A DNA stretch of 64,000 nucleotides from an uncultured Clostridia bacterium (GCA_947630065.1 CANRGE010000004.1:9149-73148), one strand, 5' to 3'. Positions 8,514-18,734 are shown, numbered from the stretch's first letter. The notes: generated by a model from the sequence alone, not told the origin. Program-made: numbers and translations.

Positions 8514-10448
8514 CTATCTTTCATAATTTTTTATTTCATTTGTAATTTTTTCTACAAATTCATTTATTCCCATTTGTCCTATGTCTCCGTCTTTTCTTGA
8601 ACGTACTCCTACCGCATTTTGCTCTATTTCTTTTTCTCCTACTATTAGCATATATGGAATTTTTTGTAATTGTGCCTCACGTATTTTGTATCCTATTTTC
8701 TCATTTCTGTCGTCTACTTCTACTCTAATTCCTTCTTTTGCTAATTTTTCCTTAACAGAATATGCATATTCTCTATGTGCTTCTGCTATTGGTAATACTT
8801 GTACTTGTACTGGGGCAAGCCATGTTGGAAAAGCTCCTTTTGTTTCTTCTATTAGGAATGACATAAATCTATCTAAACTTCCTAATATTGCTCTGTGTAT
8901 TACTACTGGTCTATGTTCTTTTCCATCTTCTCCTATATATGTTAATTTAAATCTTTCTGGTAATAAGAAATCTAATTGACATGTTGATATTGTTACATCA
9001 TGTCCTAATGCCGTTTTTATTTGTATATCTAGTTTAGGTCCATAGAATGCAGCTTCTCCTTCTGCCTCATAGAAATTTACATTTAGTTCTGTTAATATTT
9101 GGCGTAATTGACTTTCTGCTGTATTCCACATATCGTCATCATCAAAATATTTTTCAGTATCATTTTTATCTCTTAAAGATAATCTACATTTATAGTTTTC
9201 AAATCCAAAGTCTTTGTATACTGAAAGTATTAATTTTATTACTTCACCAATTTCACTTTTTATTTGGTCTGGTCTTACAAATATATGTGCATCATTTTGG
9301 CACATTTGGCGTACTCTTTCTAGTCCGCAAACACTTCCACTTGCCTCATATCTGAAGTCATGTGCTAATTCTCCAATTCTTATAGGTAAATCTCTATATG
9401 AATGTAATTTATTTTTGTATATCAGCATATGATGTGGACAGTTCATAGGTCTTAAAACTAATTCCTCATTTTCCATTTTCATTGGTGGAAACATATCATC
9501 TTTATAGTGATCCCAATGTCCACTTGTTTTATATAATTCAACATTTGCAAGAGATGGTGTATATACATGTTTGTAACCTAATGCAACTTCTTTGTCTAAT
9601 ATATATCTTTCTAATATTCTTCTAACAGTTGCACCATTTGGTAAATACATAGGAAGTCCTGAACCAACAAGTTCGTGAGTCATAAATAATTCTAAATCTT
9701 TTCCTATTTTTCTATGATCTCTTTGTTTTGCCTCTTCCAATAATTGTAAATGTTCTTCTAATAAACTTGCTTTTGGAAATGATATAGCATAAATTCTTTG
9801 TAACATTTTATTTTTTTCGCTACCTCTCCAATATGCTCCTGATGATGATAATAATTTGAATGATTTTACTTTTCCCGTACTCATTAAATGAGGTCCTGCA
9901 CATAAATCTGTAAATTCACATTGTTTATAAAATGATATTTCTTCTCCTTCTGGTAAATCTTCTATTAATTCTACTTTGTATGGTTCATCTTTTTCTTTCA
10001 TAAATTTTATTGCTTCATCTCTTGGCAATACAAATTTTTCTATTTGTAAATCTTCTTTTATTATTTTTTTCATTTCTTCTTCTATTTGAGTCATATTCTC
10101 TTCTGTAAATGGTTTTTCTGTATCAAAATCATAATAAAATCCTTCATCTATTGATGGTCCTATTGCTAATTTTACATTTGGGAATAATCTTTTTATTGCT
10201 TGTGCCATTATGTGTGATGTTGTATGCCAATAAGCTTTTTTACCATTTATATCTTCAGAGTCAAATGTTAAAATATTTAAATCGCAATCTTCTTCTATTT
10301 CGTATCTTAAATCTTTAACTTGTCCATTTACAATTGCAACTGTTGCAACTCTTGCTAATCCTTCACTTATTTGTTTTGCAAGTTCTATAATAGATGTTCC
10401 TTTTTCAACCTCTTTTATAGAGCCATCTTTTAATTTTACTTTTACCAT
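8514..10448 (-). CDS. thrS: Threonine--tRNA ligase
   Basis: 644 aa with a TGS domain N-terminus, class II synthetase core motifs and an anticodon-binding C-terminus. Confidence 0.95.
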   Translation of the reverse strand: MVKVKLKDGSIKEVEKGTSIIELAKQISEGLARVATVAIVNGQVKDLRYEIEEDCDLNILTFDSEDINGKKAYWHTTSHIMAQAIKRLFPNVKLAIGPSIDEGFYYDFDTEKPFTEENMTQIEEEMKKIIKEDLQIEKFVLPRDEAIKFMKEKDEPYKVELIEDLPEGEEISFYKQCEFTDLCAGPHLMSTGKVKSFKLLSSSGAYWRGSEKNKMLQRIYAISFPKASLLEEHLQLLEEAKQRDHRKIGKDLELFMTHELVGSGLPMYLPNGATVRRILERYILDKEVALGYKHVYTPSLANVELYKTSGHWDHYKDDMFPPMKMENEELVLRPMNCPHHMLIYKNKLHSYRDLPIRIGELAHDFRYEASGSVCGLERVRQMCQNDAHIFVRPDQIKSEIGEVIKLILSVYKDFGFENYKCRLSLRDKNDTEKYFDDDDMWNTAESQLRQILTELNVNFYEAEGEAAFYGPKLDIQIKTALGHDVTISTCQLDFLLPERFKLTYIGEDGKEHRPVVIHRAILGSLDRFMSFLIEETKGAFPTWLAPVQVQVLPIAEAHREYAYSVKEKLAKEGIRVEVDDRNEKIGYKIREAQLQKIPYMLIVGEKEIEQNAVGVRSRKDGDIGQMGINEFVEKITNEIKNYER

Positions 10449-10454
10449 ACTAAT

Positions 10455-10695
10455 TCCTCCTAATTTTCTTTTTATTTCAAAAATACACCCCTAGGTATCT
10501 TATATGCCTAGGGGTGTATATACACGGTTCCACCCTATTTTTAACTTCATTTTAGATTATAACGTAATCAACGTCTAGTTTTGCTAGAAACTTCTCCAAG
10601 GTAGTTTTTCAAATATGTTTTCTTATATTACCTTTCAGCCTATGGGTAATACTCTCTAAAAGCAACCTTTATTTTACTTTGTCTTGGTATGTTTA
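10455..10695 (-). promoter_or_regulatory. T-box leader (threonine) with terminator, plus promoter at 10703-10731
   Basis: The minus strand carries the T-box sequence AGGGTGGAACCGTG (10536-10523). It is followed by the terminator ATACACCCCTAGG...CCTAGGGGTGTAT and a T-run (10519-10479). A stem I AGAGA motif is present, and AACUACCU provides ACU/ACC specifier candidates. The promoter is TTGACA-N17-TATTAT. Confidence 0.85.
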
Positions 10696-10738
10696 TAAAT
10701 ATATAATACTCTTTTTACATAATATTGTCAAGATAATA

Positions 10739-10924
10739 TTATAATGTATTTAATTGTTTTTCTAATACTTCTATTTGTGTTTCTAACGAATTAATTTGCT
10801 CTTGTTTTTCAAATTTATGTGCAAAATATCCTATTAAAAATCCAATTATAAATATTACTACTATCAATATAATAGTTTGCAATTTTTGTTCTTTTTGATA
10901 CATATCTTTATCATATATTTTCAT
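10739..10924 (-). CDS. Small membrane-anchored coiled-coil protein (61 aa), hypothetical
   Basis: ORF with one TM helix (IILIVVIFIIGFLIGYF) and a heptad-like tail. Confidence 0.45.
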   Translation of the reverse strand: MKIYDKDMYQKEQKLQTIILIVVIFIIGFLIGYFAHKFEKQEQINSLETQIEVLEKQLNTL

Positions 10925-10930
10925 ATTTTA

Positions 10931-12241
10931 TTAATTCTTCCTTTCATAACCTGGTTTATTTAACAATCTAAACATATTCTTTTTGTATTCTTCTACACCT
11001 GGTTGATTAAATGGATTAACTCCTAATAATTTTCCTGACATTGCACATGCAAGTTCAAAAAAGTATATTAAGTGTCCTAAAGCCATAGCATTAAGTTCTT
11101 CTATTCCTATTATAATATTAGGTACTCCGCCTGTTACATGAGCTTCTATTGTTCCTTCCATAGCTTTTTTATTAACATAGTCTAATGTTTTTCCTGCCAC
11201 AAAATTCATTCCATCTAAATCGTCTTCATCTTGTTTTATTGTTATATCATTATTAGGTTTTGCAATATTTAAAACAGTTTCAAATAAATTTCTTCTGCCT
11301 TCTTGTATATATTGTCCCATTGAATGTAAATCTGTAGTAAAATCTACTCCTGCAGGGAAAATTCCTTTTTGTTCTTTTCCTTCGCTTTCGCCATATAGTT
11401 GTTTCCACCATTCAGTAAAATAATGCATTTTAGGCTCATAGTTTGCTAGTATCTCTATATTTTTATCCTTTTTATATAGAATATTTCTTATAACTGCATA
11501 TTGGTAACATTCATTGTATTTAACATTTTCATCTAAATATTTTTCTCTTGCTATTTGTGCTCCAACCATTAATTCGTCTATATCTATTCCTGCAACAGCT
11601 ATTGGAAGTAGACCTACTGCTGTTAATACAGAATATCTTCCTCCAACATTATCTGGAATTACAAAACATTCATAACCTTCTTCATCTGCAAGTTTCTTTA
11701 ATGCACCTTTTTCTTTATCTGTAGTACAGTATATTCTCTTTTTAGCTTCTTCTACTCCATATTTATTTTCTAAAAATTCTCTAAAAATTCTAAAAGCTAT
11801 AGCTGGTTCAGTTGTTGTTCCAGATTTTGATATTACATTTATACTAATATCTTTTGAGCCTATTATATCAATTAAATCATTAATATAGTTTGGACTTAAA
11901 TTATTTCCTGCATATAAAATTTGAGGTGTATTTCTCTTTTCATAATTATAAAATGTATGTGTAAGTGCTTCTATTACAGCTCTTGCTCCTAAATATGAAC
12001 CACCTATTCCTATTACTAAAAAAACTTGTGAATCTTTTTTTATTTTTTTTGCTGCTTTTTTTATTCTTTTAAATTCATCTCTATCGTAATTAATAGGTAA
12101 ATCTAACCAACCTAAGAATTCGTTTTCGTCATTTGCTTTTTCATGTAATTCCTTGTGTATTATTTCTACCTGTTGTTTATATTCTAGTATGTCCTCTTTT
12201 GGAATTTTCGTGTTACTATAGTCTAATTTAACATTTGACAT
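10931..12241 (-). CDS. pgi: Glucose-6-phosphate isomerase
   Basis: Bacillus-type PGI of about 436 aa ([21 protein letters not shown]). The start was moved to the second ATG (12241), which is better spaced from AGGAAG. Confidence 0.9.
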   Translation of the reverse strand: MSNVKLDYSNTKIPKEDILEYKQQVEIIHKELHEKANDENEFLGWLDLPINYDRDEFKRIKKAAKKIKKDSQVFLVIGIGGSYLGARAVIEALTHTFYNYEKRNTPQILYAGNNLSPNYINDLIDIIGSKDISINVISKSGTTTEPAIAFRIFREFLENKYGVEEAKKRIYCTTDKEKGALKKLADEEGYECFVIPDNVGGRYSVLTAVGLLPIAVAGIDIDELMVGAQIAREKYLDENVKYNECYQYAVIRNILYKKDKNIEILANYEPKMHYFTEWWKQLYGESEGKEQKGIFPAGVDFTTDLHSMGQYIQEGRRNLFETVLNIAKPNNDITIKQDEDDLDGMNFVAGKTLDYVNKKAMEGTIEAHVTGGVPNIIIGIEELNAMALGHLIYFFELACAMSGKLLGVNPFNQPGVEEYKKNMFRLLNKPGYERKN

Positions 12242-12454
12242 TCTCATTCTTCCTCTCTTTTTTCTATCTATACTTTTTTATATTTTATAATATCTATAAT
12301 TTTTATGCAATAATTTTGAAAAATATATTTCTTTTTTTATAGTTATAACATATAATATTTTTATATAAAATATAATTATATTTTGTATTTCAACATATTT
12401 ATACTTTTAAAGCTAAAATTTTCTTATATTAGCTTAGAAAGGATTGAAAATAAA

Positions 12455-13342
12455 ATGAAAGATTTAATTTTTAAAGGCTGTGCAACAGCTATTTCTACTC
12501 CTTTTACAGAAACTGGAGTTAATTTTGAAGAATTTGGAAAATTAATTGATTTTCAAATTGAGGAAGGAATTGATGCACTTGTAGTTTGCGGTACTACTGG
12601 TGAATCTGCTACAATGACAGATGAAGAAAGAAAACAAACTATGGAATATGCAATAAAAAAAGTAGCTAAAAGAGTTCCTGTTATTTTAGGTACTGGAAGT
12701 AATTGTACTGCTACTGCAATAAAATTATCAAAGTATGCAGAATCTATTGGAGCTGATGGACTTTTAATAGTTACACCTTATTATAATAAAACTACTCCTG
12801 CTGGACTTGTAGAACACTATAAAGCAATTGCAAAAGAAGTTAATCTACCTATAATTGTTTACAGTGTTCCTAGTCGTACTGGTGTTAATGTATCACCTGC
12901 AACTTGTTTAGAATTATCTAAAATACCTAATATAGTAGCTATAAAAGAGGCTAGTGGAAATCTTTCTCAAGTTGCCGAAATTGCTGCTCTTTGTGGAGAT
13001 AACTTACATATCTATAGTGGAAATGATGACCAAGTTTTACCTGTTCTATCTTTAGGTGGAAAAGGTGTTATATCTGTTATATCTAATATTGCTCCTAAAA
13101 AGTTTACAAGTATGATACATGAATACTTTAATGGTAATATAGAAACTGCAACAAAAATTCAATTAGAAAGTATTGAGTTAATAAAAGCTCTATTTTGTGA
13201 AGTTAACCCTATTCCAGTAAAAGAAGCCTTAAACATTTTAGGTTATAATTATGGAGTTCCAAGACTTCCTTTAGTTAAATTGTCTGATGCAAACAAAAAA
13301 GTTTTAGAAAATGCAATGAAAAATTATTTTAATAAAAAATAA
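12455..13342 (+). CDS. dapA: 4-hydroxy-tetrahydrodipicolinate synthase
   Basis: ATG at 12455 (MKDLIFKGCATAISTPF). GTTGES and the active-site region around IVAIKEASG are present. Confidence 0.92.
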   Translation: MKDLIFKGCATAISTPFTETGVNFEEFGKLIDFQIEEGIDALVVCGTTGESATMTDEERKQTMEYAIKKVAKRVPVILGTGSNCTATAIKLSKYAESIGADGLLIVTPYYNKTTPAGLVEHYKAIAKEVNLPIIVYSVPSRTGVNVSPATCLELSKIPNIVAIKEASGNLSQVAEIAALCGDNLHIYSGNDDQVLPVLSLGGKGVISVISNIAPKKFTSMIHEYFNGNIETATKIQLESIELIKALFCEVNPIPVKEALNILGYNYGVPRLPLVKLSDANKKVLENAMKNYFNKK

Positions 13343-13349
13343 AAATTAA

Positions 13350-13516
13350 GAACAAATCTCGCTTCGCGAGACCTTTTCTCTACATCTTAAAGTTTGCTAT
13401 CTAAATTCAGGTCTCAAAGAAGCGTAAAGATTTGTTGACGCGAAAATTTACAAAGTAAATTTTCTGTGCAATGTTATTTTTTATATAATAGGAAAGTAGA
13501 ACTTTCCTATTATATA
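13350..13516 (+). repeat. Dispersed structured repeat family 1, copy C, plus hairpin 3
   Basis: 128-nt core at 13350-13477, then 4 nt, then the hairpin TATATAATAGGAAAG-tagaa-CTTTCCTATTATATA (13482-13516). Confidence 0.9.
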
Positions 13517-13638
13517 AAAAATTAATTTAAAATTTTATACTAATATTCATATTTTTGTGTTATAATTTATATAGTGCTTAAATTTTATTTTGAGTAAAAA
13601 TATAATTACATAAGATATTTAGGAGTGAATTTTAAACT

Positions 13639-14175
13639 ATGAAGCCTACAAAAGCTAATAATATTTCTTCTATTGTAGAATTCGAAGAAATTATTTCTGA
13701 TTTAGTTTCTAATGAAACTGTTCAAGAAATGACAAATTTTAAACAACACTATAATACATCTTGTTTTGAGCATTGTAAAAAAGTTGCTTTTTATAGTTAT
13801 TTAATTTGTAAAAAATATAATTTAGATTATAGAGCAGTTGCACGTGCTGGTATGTTGCATGACCTATTTTTATATAATTGGAGAAAACGTGAAAATGGAC
13901 GAAAAGGTTTTCATGCTTTTACACATCCGCGTACAGCTTTAAATAATTCTTTAGTTTTATTTGATTTAAATCCAAAAGAACAAGATATTATTTTAAAGCA
14001 TATGTGGCCTTTAACTGTTAAATTACCAAAGTATAAAGAAAGTTATATTGTTACATTTGTTGATAAATATTGTGCAATTTGCGAATCTATTAATGCATAT
14101 AAAGAAAAACAAAAAATACAAAAATTATATAGATATGCTTATGTATTTTTAAGTATGTTCGTATTATTTAGATAA
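13639..14175 (+). CDS. HD-domain phosphohydrolase family protein
   Basis: The H...HD signature (FEHCKKVA ... GMLHDLFLY) and a C-terminal hydrophobic helix. Confidence 0.65.
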   Translation: MKPTKANNISSIVEFEEIISDLVSNETVQEMTNFKQHYNTSCFEHCKKVAFYSYLICKKYNLDYRAVARAGMLHDLFLYNWRKRENGRKGFHAFTHPRTALNNSLVLFDLNPKEQDIILKHMWPLTVKLPKYKESYIVTFVDKYCAICESINAYKEKQKIQKLYRYAYVFLSMFVLFR

Positions 14176-14266
14176 AAATAACGGGACGTGGTTTTGTCTT
14201 ACTAAAATTTAAATCTCTAAAGACAAGAAACGCCCCTCATATTATATAATGAAAGGATTAATTGTT

Positions 14267-15013
14267 ATGGTAAAAGTTCTAATAAATGGTTGTAATGGAA
14301 GAATGGGACAAGTTCTTTGTTCAGAAATATCTAACTTTGATAATTTATTATTAGTTGGTGGATTTGATATAAATGATGTTGGCAAAAATGCTTTCCCTGT
14401 TTATTCCAATATTTCAGATATTAAAGAAAGACCTGATGTAATAGTTGATTTTAGTGTTCCTATGGCAACCTTAAATATTTTAAAATATGCTGTTGAGCAA
14501 AAAGTTCCTATGGTAATTGCAACAACAGGTTTACAAGAAGAACATTTAAATAAAATAAAAGAAGCTAGTAAAATAATACCTATTTTTAAATCATCAAATA
14601 TGTCTTTTGATATAAATTTAATGAAAAAAATTGTTAGTGAAGTTGCATTAGCTTTAAAAGGAAATGATATAGAAATAGTAGAAACTCATCATAATAAAAA
14701 AATAGATGCACCTAGCGGAACTGCTATATTACTTGCAGATGCAATTAATGAGGCTTTAGGAAATACAAAAACATATAATTTTGACCGTCACTCTATTCAT
14801 GAAAAAAGAAATCCAAATGAAATTGGATTTTCATCTATTCGTGGTGGTAATATTGTTGGTGAACATAGTGTAATGTTCTTTGGAGAGCATGAAACATTTG
14901 AAATAAAACATACATCATACTCAAGAAATGTATTTGCAGAAGGAGCATTAAAAGCTTGTGAATTTATTTATAATAAAGAACCTGGCTTATATTCTATGGA
15001 TGATATGATGTAA
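14267..15013 (+). CDS. dapB: 4-hydroxy-tetrahydrodipicolinate reductase
   Basis: MVKVLINGCNGRMG Rossmann N-terminus and the EIVETHHNKKIDAPSGTA motif. ATG at 14267 is spaced 9 nt from AAAGGA. Confidence 0.9.
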   Translation: MVKVLINGCNGRMGQVLCSEISNFDNLLLVGGFDINDVGKNAFPVYSNISDIKERPDVIVDFSVPMATLNILKYAVEQKVPMVIATTGLQEEHLNKIKEASKIIPIFKSSNMSFDINLMKKIVSEVALALKGNDIEIVETHHNKKIDAPSGTAILLADAINEALGNTKTYNFDRHSIHEKRNPNEIGFSSIRGGNIVGEHSVMFFGEHETFEIKHTSYSRNVFAEGALKACEFIYNKEPGLYSMDDMM

Positions 15014-15020
15014 AAGTTAC

Positions 15021-15057
15021 AAAAATTAGAACTATGAAAACATAGTTCTAATTTTTT
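15021..15057. terminator. Bidirectional terminator between dapB and the pilin-like gene
   Basis: AATTAGAACTATG-aaaa-CATAGTTCTAATT, flanked by an A-run and a T-run. Confidence 0.8.
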
Positions 15058-15114
15058 GTATATATCCTTTATTTCATTTTATAACTAGCATTTATTTTAT
15101 TATTTCTTATTTTT

Positions 15115-17364
15115 TTAATTTGATAATTGATATTTTGAATACCAGTATCCTTTTAATTGTTCTCCTTCATCTTGTTCGCCATTTCCATTATTATCCCACC
15201 AAAATGCTTCTGGTATCTTATATCCTGCCATTACGTCGGTTCCTGTTCCTTCTATAAATTCAATATCTGCTCTTTGTAATGTTGTATTTAATGAGTATTG
15301 ATAACGTGGTATCCATACAAAATAGCTTTCTGTTTCACCATTTGTTGTTACTATGTTCGCCCACATTTGTCCACTGTAATCATACCAATTTTCTGGAGCT
15401 GGTTCTTTTATAGATATTCTTTTTTCTTGGTCTCCCTCATAAATCACATAATATGTGCAGTCTGGATTAAAAGCACTTACATCTGGAGCATTTATTGCCT
15501 TTGTTGTAAGTTTTTTTGTTACTGCTCCTAAATATTCGTTTGTTTCTGAATTTCTTGCTATTATATTTACCGTATATGTTGTATTTTGTTTTAATCCTCT
15601 ATATACATATTTTTCATCACTCGCTGTTCCTTTTGCATCTGTCATTTTTTTACCATTTAAATAGTATTCATACTTTATTTTTGCATCTTCTGTTATTAGT
15701 GTTCCTGTAATATCTTGCACTCTTATTACATTAGAGCCTGCTACCATTTCTGCATTTATTTTTGGTGAGCTTACATCTGGTGTTAATTGATACTTAGAAT
15801 ACCAATATCCTGTTAGTTGTTCTCCTTCATCTTGTGCTCCATTTCCATTGTTATCCCACCAAAATGCTTCTGGTATTTTATAGCCTGATTCTACTTCTGT
15901 TCCTGTTCCTTTTATAAATTTAACATATGATCTTTTTGAAGTTTGGTCTAAAGTATATTGATAACGTGGTATCCATACAAAGTAACTTTCTAAACCATTA
16001 TTTCTTGTTACTATGTTTGCCCAATTTGCAGTTGTGTAATCATACCACTCATCTGGTGGATCCATACTTATTGGAATTTCATTGTGTTCATTTCCTTGTT
16101 CATCCCAATATACATAGAATGTTGTGTCCGGATCAAATTTAGTAACATCTGGTTCATTTACTTCTGCTGTTTCAAATAAACGTGTCATACTTCCTATTAT
16201 TTCACCATTGGCATCTAATGCTGTTACATTTACTGCTTTATTTCCTTTTGCTAAATTTTTAATAGTATGATTTTCACCATTTTTACTTGTAAATACTTCT
16301 GTTCCATTTATATAGTACTTATATTCGGCAACTTTTGCTTTTACTTCATCACCACTTAATTTTATATTTTCTATTGTTATAGAAGTCATTGATGCAGCCG
16401 TACTATAATCTATAGTATATGTTCCTAAATTTGATAATTGGTATTTAGAATACCAATATCCTGGTAATCTTTCATTTAAATCTTCTACATTATCTCCGTT
16501 ATTATCCCACCAAAATGCTTCTGGTATTTTATAGCCTTGACTATTTAAAACTTCCCAAGTTGTAGTCTCTCCTGTTTCAGCATTTATATAATTATTTTCA
16601 GTGTTTATAAATTTTATATCCATTCGTTGAGTTTTATCTGGGTCTGCCTTATAGCAGTATCTTGGTAGCCACACATAATAGCTTTCTACACCATTATTTT
16701 CTACATATATATTTGCCCAATTTTGATTTTTATAATCATACCAATCGTCATCTGGCTTTTTACTAATCCAATTTCCTGGTACTAAATTATCTCCTTTTAA
16801 TTTTAAATATCTTGTATGTTCTTTTGAAAATCCTGTACTTAATTGTGGTGTACACATGTACAATCCATTTACATTTTCGTAATTACCATTTGTTACTTTT
16901 ATTCCAGAATTACTTTCTGCATTATATTCCCAAATACGTATACCAATATCTTCACACCATTTTACTTGATTTGCATTATTATCTATTTTGTTTTGTGATA
17001 CATAATACAATTTTCCTTCATATACAATGCAATAGTCTTTTTCTTCTTTTCCTACATTTTTCAAAATTTTTCGTATATCTTGTACCTTGTTCGCATCTAA
17101 TTCTATTTCCTCAGTTTGTATTATTTGTTTTAAAACATCTCCTGCATATATATCTGTGCTTTGTTGATCAAGTGTTAGTCCCATAGTATAAAATCCCAAT
17201 TCTTCCGAGATTTGAGACATCTTAGTTTTAAAACGTGCTTCTTCACTTCTACTTAATATACCATCTCCTGCAATAAAATTTATTACTACTGCAGCTAATA
17301 TTAATAATATAATTATAGTTACTATTAAAGCTATTAATGTTATTCCTTTGTTTTTAATATTCAT
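15115..17364 (-). CDS. Large secreted/surface protein with a non-canonical prepilin-like N-terminus and three ~230-aa repeats
   Basis: The N-terminus is MNIKNKGITLIALIVTIIILLILAAV, i.e. G-ITLIA instead of G-FTLIE. The module WYDY..WANI..ESYFVWIPRYQY...GYKIPEAFWWDNNGNG..GYWYSKYQLS occurs three times. The DNA repeats within the gene are about 85% identical. Confidence 0.8.
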   Translation of the reverse strand: MNIKNKGITLIALIVTIIILLILAAVVINFIAGDGILSRSEEARFKTKMSQISEELGFYTMGLTLDQQSTDIYAGDVLKQIIQTEEIELDANKVQDIRKILKNVGKEEKDYCIVYEGKLYYVSQNKIDNNANQVKWCEDIGIRIWEYNAESNSGIKVTNGNYENVNGLYMCTPQLSTGFSKEHTRYLKLKGDNLVPGNWISKKPDDDWYDYKNQNWANIYVENNGVESYYVWLPRYCYKADPDKTQRMDIKFINTENNYINAETGETTTWEVLNSQGYKIPEAFWWDNNGDNVEDLNERLPGYWYSKYQLSNLGTYTIDYSTAASMTSITIENIKLSGDEVKAKVAEYKYYINGTEVFTSKNGENHTIKNLAKGNKAVNVTALDANGEIIGSMTRLFETAEVNEPDVTKFDPDTTFYVYWDEQGNEHNEIPISMDPPDEWYDYTTANWANIVTRNNGLESYFVWIPRYQYTLDQTSKRSYVKFIKGTGTEVESGYKIPEAFWWDNNGNGAQDEGEQLTGYWYSKYQLTPDVSSPKINAEMVAGSNVIRVQDITGTLITEDAKIKYEYYLNGKKMTDAKGTASDEKYVYRGLKQNTTYTVNIIARNSETNEYLGAVTKKLTTKAINAPDVSAFNPDCTYYVIYEGDQEKRISIKEPAPENWYDYSGQMWANIVTTNGETESYFVWIPRYQYSLNTTLQRADIEFIEGTGTDVMAGYKIPEAFWWDNNGNGEQDEGEQLKGYWYSKYQLSN

Positions 17365-17452
17365 ATTTACCTCTTATATTCAAAATTTTAAAAATATGAG
17401 ATTTTTATAATTTTTTTCTTTTGTTTTATAAATCTCTTATTTTTACTTTCTT

Positions 17453-17481
17453 ATTATAACAATATAAAAAATTTTTATCAA
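17453..17481 (-). promoter_or_regulatory. Near-consensus promoter of the 749-aa gene
   Basis: Minus strand reads TTGATA (17481-17476), a 17-nt spacer, then TATAAT (17458-17453). Confidence 0.65.
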
Positions 17482-17514
17482 TACATTAATAAATTTTTAT
17501 TAATAAAGTCTTTT

Positions 17515-17551
17515 AAAAAATAAGAAGCAGAATTTCCTTTTTCCGCCTCTT
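17515..17551 (-). terminator. Terminator after secreted paralog 1
   Basis: Minus strand reads AAGAGGC...GCTTCTT followed by ATTTTTT. Confidence 0.6.
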
Positions 17552-17558
17552 ATTAAAA

Positions 17559-17595
17559 TTATTCACTATTCATTCTTCACTATTAACTATTCACT
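17559..17595 (-). repeat. Heptamer array (TGAATAG-like, 5 units)
   Basis: Minus strand reads GTGAATAG TTAATAG TGAAGAA TGAATAG TGAATAA. It is identical to 18698..18734 and related to the arms of the tRNA-trailer elements. Confidence 0.8.
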
Positions 17596-17662
17596 AGTCG
17601 TCTAGAATCCTTCTCCCACGACAATAACTGCACGGCTGTGCCACGACTTAGCATAACCTGCG

Positions 17663-18301
17663 TCACCTCCGGTTACCAGAGGCCATAGTTGCACCTGCCG
17701 TACCAGCATAACCATAATATGAAAATAAACTGCCACTGTAAGCTCTAACCAACCCAGAAGCATAATCAAAGTTCATCCATGTCATAGAGCCGCCATGCCA
17801 ACCGTTTGTTTCTGTTATTGCATCTCCCACTTTTGCTACATATGAAGTTGTATATGCATTCTTATATTTTCCATTTATCTTTGGATATTTTGATGCACTA
17901 CTAATTGTTCCTGCTGATACCCATTCTTTATTTAATTTTATATATATTCCGCTGTTATTTCCTGTAGTCGTTCCGCCACTTGCTATGTTACTTGGATTTC
18001 CATATGATGATGCTGATAATATTGCCATTGCTCCATATTCTGTATTTTTTTGCATGTGTATGTCTAAGTTATTTGATTTTTCTTTTGTTGATTCTAATGT
18101 AGTTGGATTTATAGTATCTTCTAAGCCTAGGGTTCCTCCTGTTGTTTCCATGTTTCTTATGTTTAATAGCCAGCTCTCTAATGTCTGTGTTGTTCCATCG
18201 TTTCCGTTTGCTTGTAGTGCTGCTTGTGCACTCGTTGGTATTAGCATGCTTATTGCTATTACTATAATTAATATTACTATTAGTTTTTCTTTAATTTTCA
18301 T
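17663..18301 (-). CDS. Secreted protein of unknown function, paralog 1 (212 aa)
   Basis: Sec-type signal peptide (MKIKEKLIVILIIVIAISMLIPTSAQA). About 75% identical to ORF 18802..19443 by eye. Confidence 0.75.
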   Translation of the reverse strand: MKIKEKLIVILIIVIAISMLIPTSAQAALQANGNDGTTQTLESWLLNIRNMETTGGTLGLEDTINPTTLESTKEKSNNLDIHMQKNTEYGAMAILSASSYGNPSNIASGGTTTGNNSGIYIKLNKEWVSAGTISSASKYPKINGKYKNAYTTSYVAKVGDAITETNGWHGGSMTWMNFDYASGLVRAYSGSLFSYYGYAGTAGATMASGNRR

Positions 18302-18406
18302 ATTTCTTTCTTCCTTTCTTTGTTAAATGGATTTTTGTTTTTTTCTTTTTACTTTCACCCTATTTTCCACCATTTTGCTGTGTATGATATAATTTTTTTG
18401 TAACAC

Positions 18407-18472
18407 AAAAAGAAGCAAGCTAATCATTTATTTTGCTATACACAAAATAAATAGATTATCTTACTTCTTTTT
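18407..18472 (-). terminator. Long AU-rich hairpin followed by a U-run, lying between the (AC)14 leader and paralog 1
   Basis: Minus-strand arms are AAGAAGTAAGATAATCTATTTATTTT and AAAATAAATGATTAGCTTGCTTCTT, forming about 24 bp with wobbles and one bulge. TTTTT follows. Confidence 0.5.
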
Positions 18473-18498
18473 TAATCTATTTTCTTTCTCGTTTATTT

Positions 18499-18561
<63 letters not shown>

Positions 18562-18613
18562 TCTTTACTTTCTCCCTTTTTACTCCATTTATTTTCTTTT
18601 TTCTACATTTGCA

Positions 18614-18642
18614 ATTATATATTTTGGTTTCTTTTTTGTCAA
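18614..18642 (-). promoter_or_regulatory. Perfect consensus sigma-A promoter
   Basis: Minus strand reads TTGACA (18642-18637), a 17-nt spacer, then TATAAT (18619-18614). Confidence 0.75.
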
Positions 18643-18651
18643 CGATTTTTA

Positions 18652-18690
18652 TAAAAAATAAAGAAGCAGAAATTTCTTTTCCGCCTCTTA
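18652..18690 (-). terminator. Terminator after secreted paralog 2
   Basis: Minus strand reads AAGAGGCGG...CTGCTTCTT followed by TATTTTTT. It is paralogous to 17515..17551. Confidence 0.6.
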
Positions 18691-18697
18691 CTTAAAA

Positions 18698-18734
18698 TTA
18701 TTCACTATTCATTCTTCACTATTAACTATTCACT
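18698..18734 (-). repeat. Heptamer array (TGAATAG-like, 5 units)
   Basis: Identical 37-mer to 17559..17595. Confidence 0.8.

Noticed and set aside
12248-12454. Lysine riboswitch (L-box) upstream of dapA, or in 14176..14266 upstream of dapB
   Set aside because: The dapA leader is almost pure A/T with no conserved L-box helices. The dapB-proximal element is a single imperfect hairpin, far too small for an L-box.
17596-17707. Integron attC site at the 3' end of each secreted paralog
   Set aside because: There is no integron integrase or attI, no RYYYAAC/GTTRRRY core pair at the boundaries, and each gene has its own promoter.
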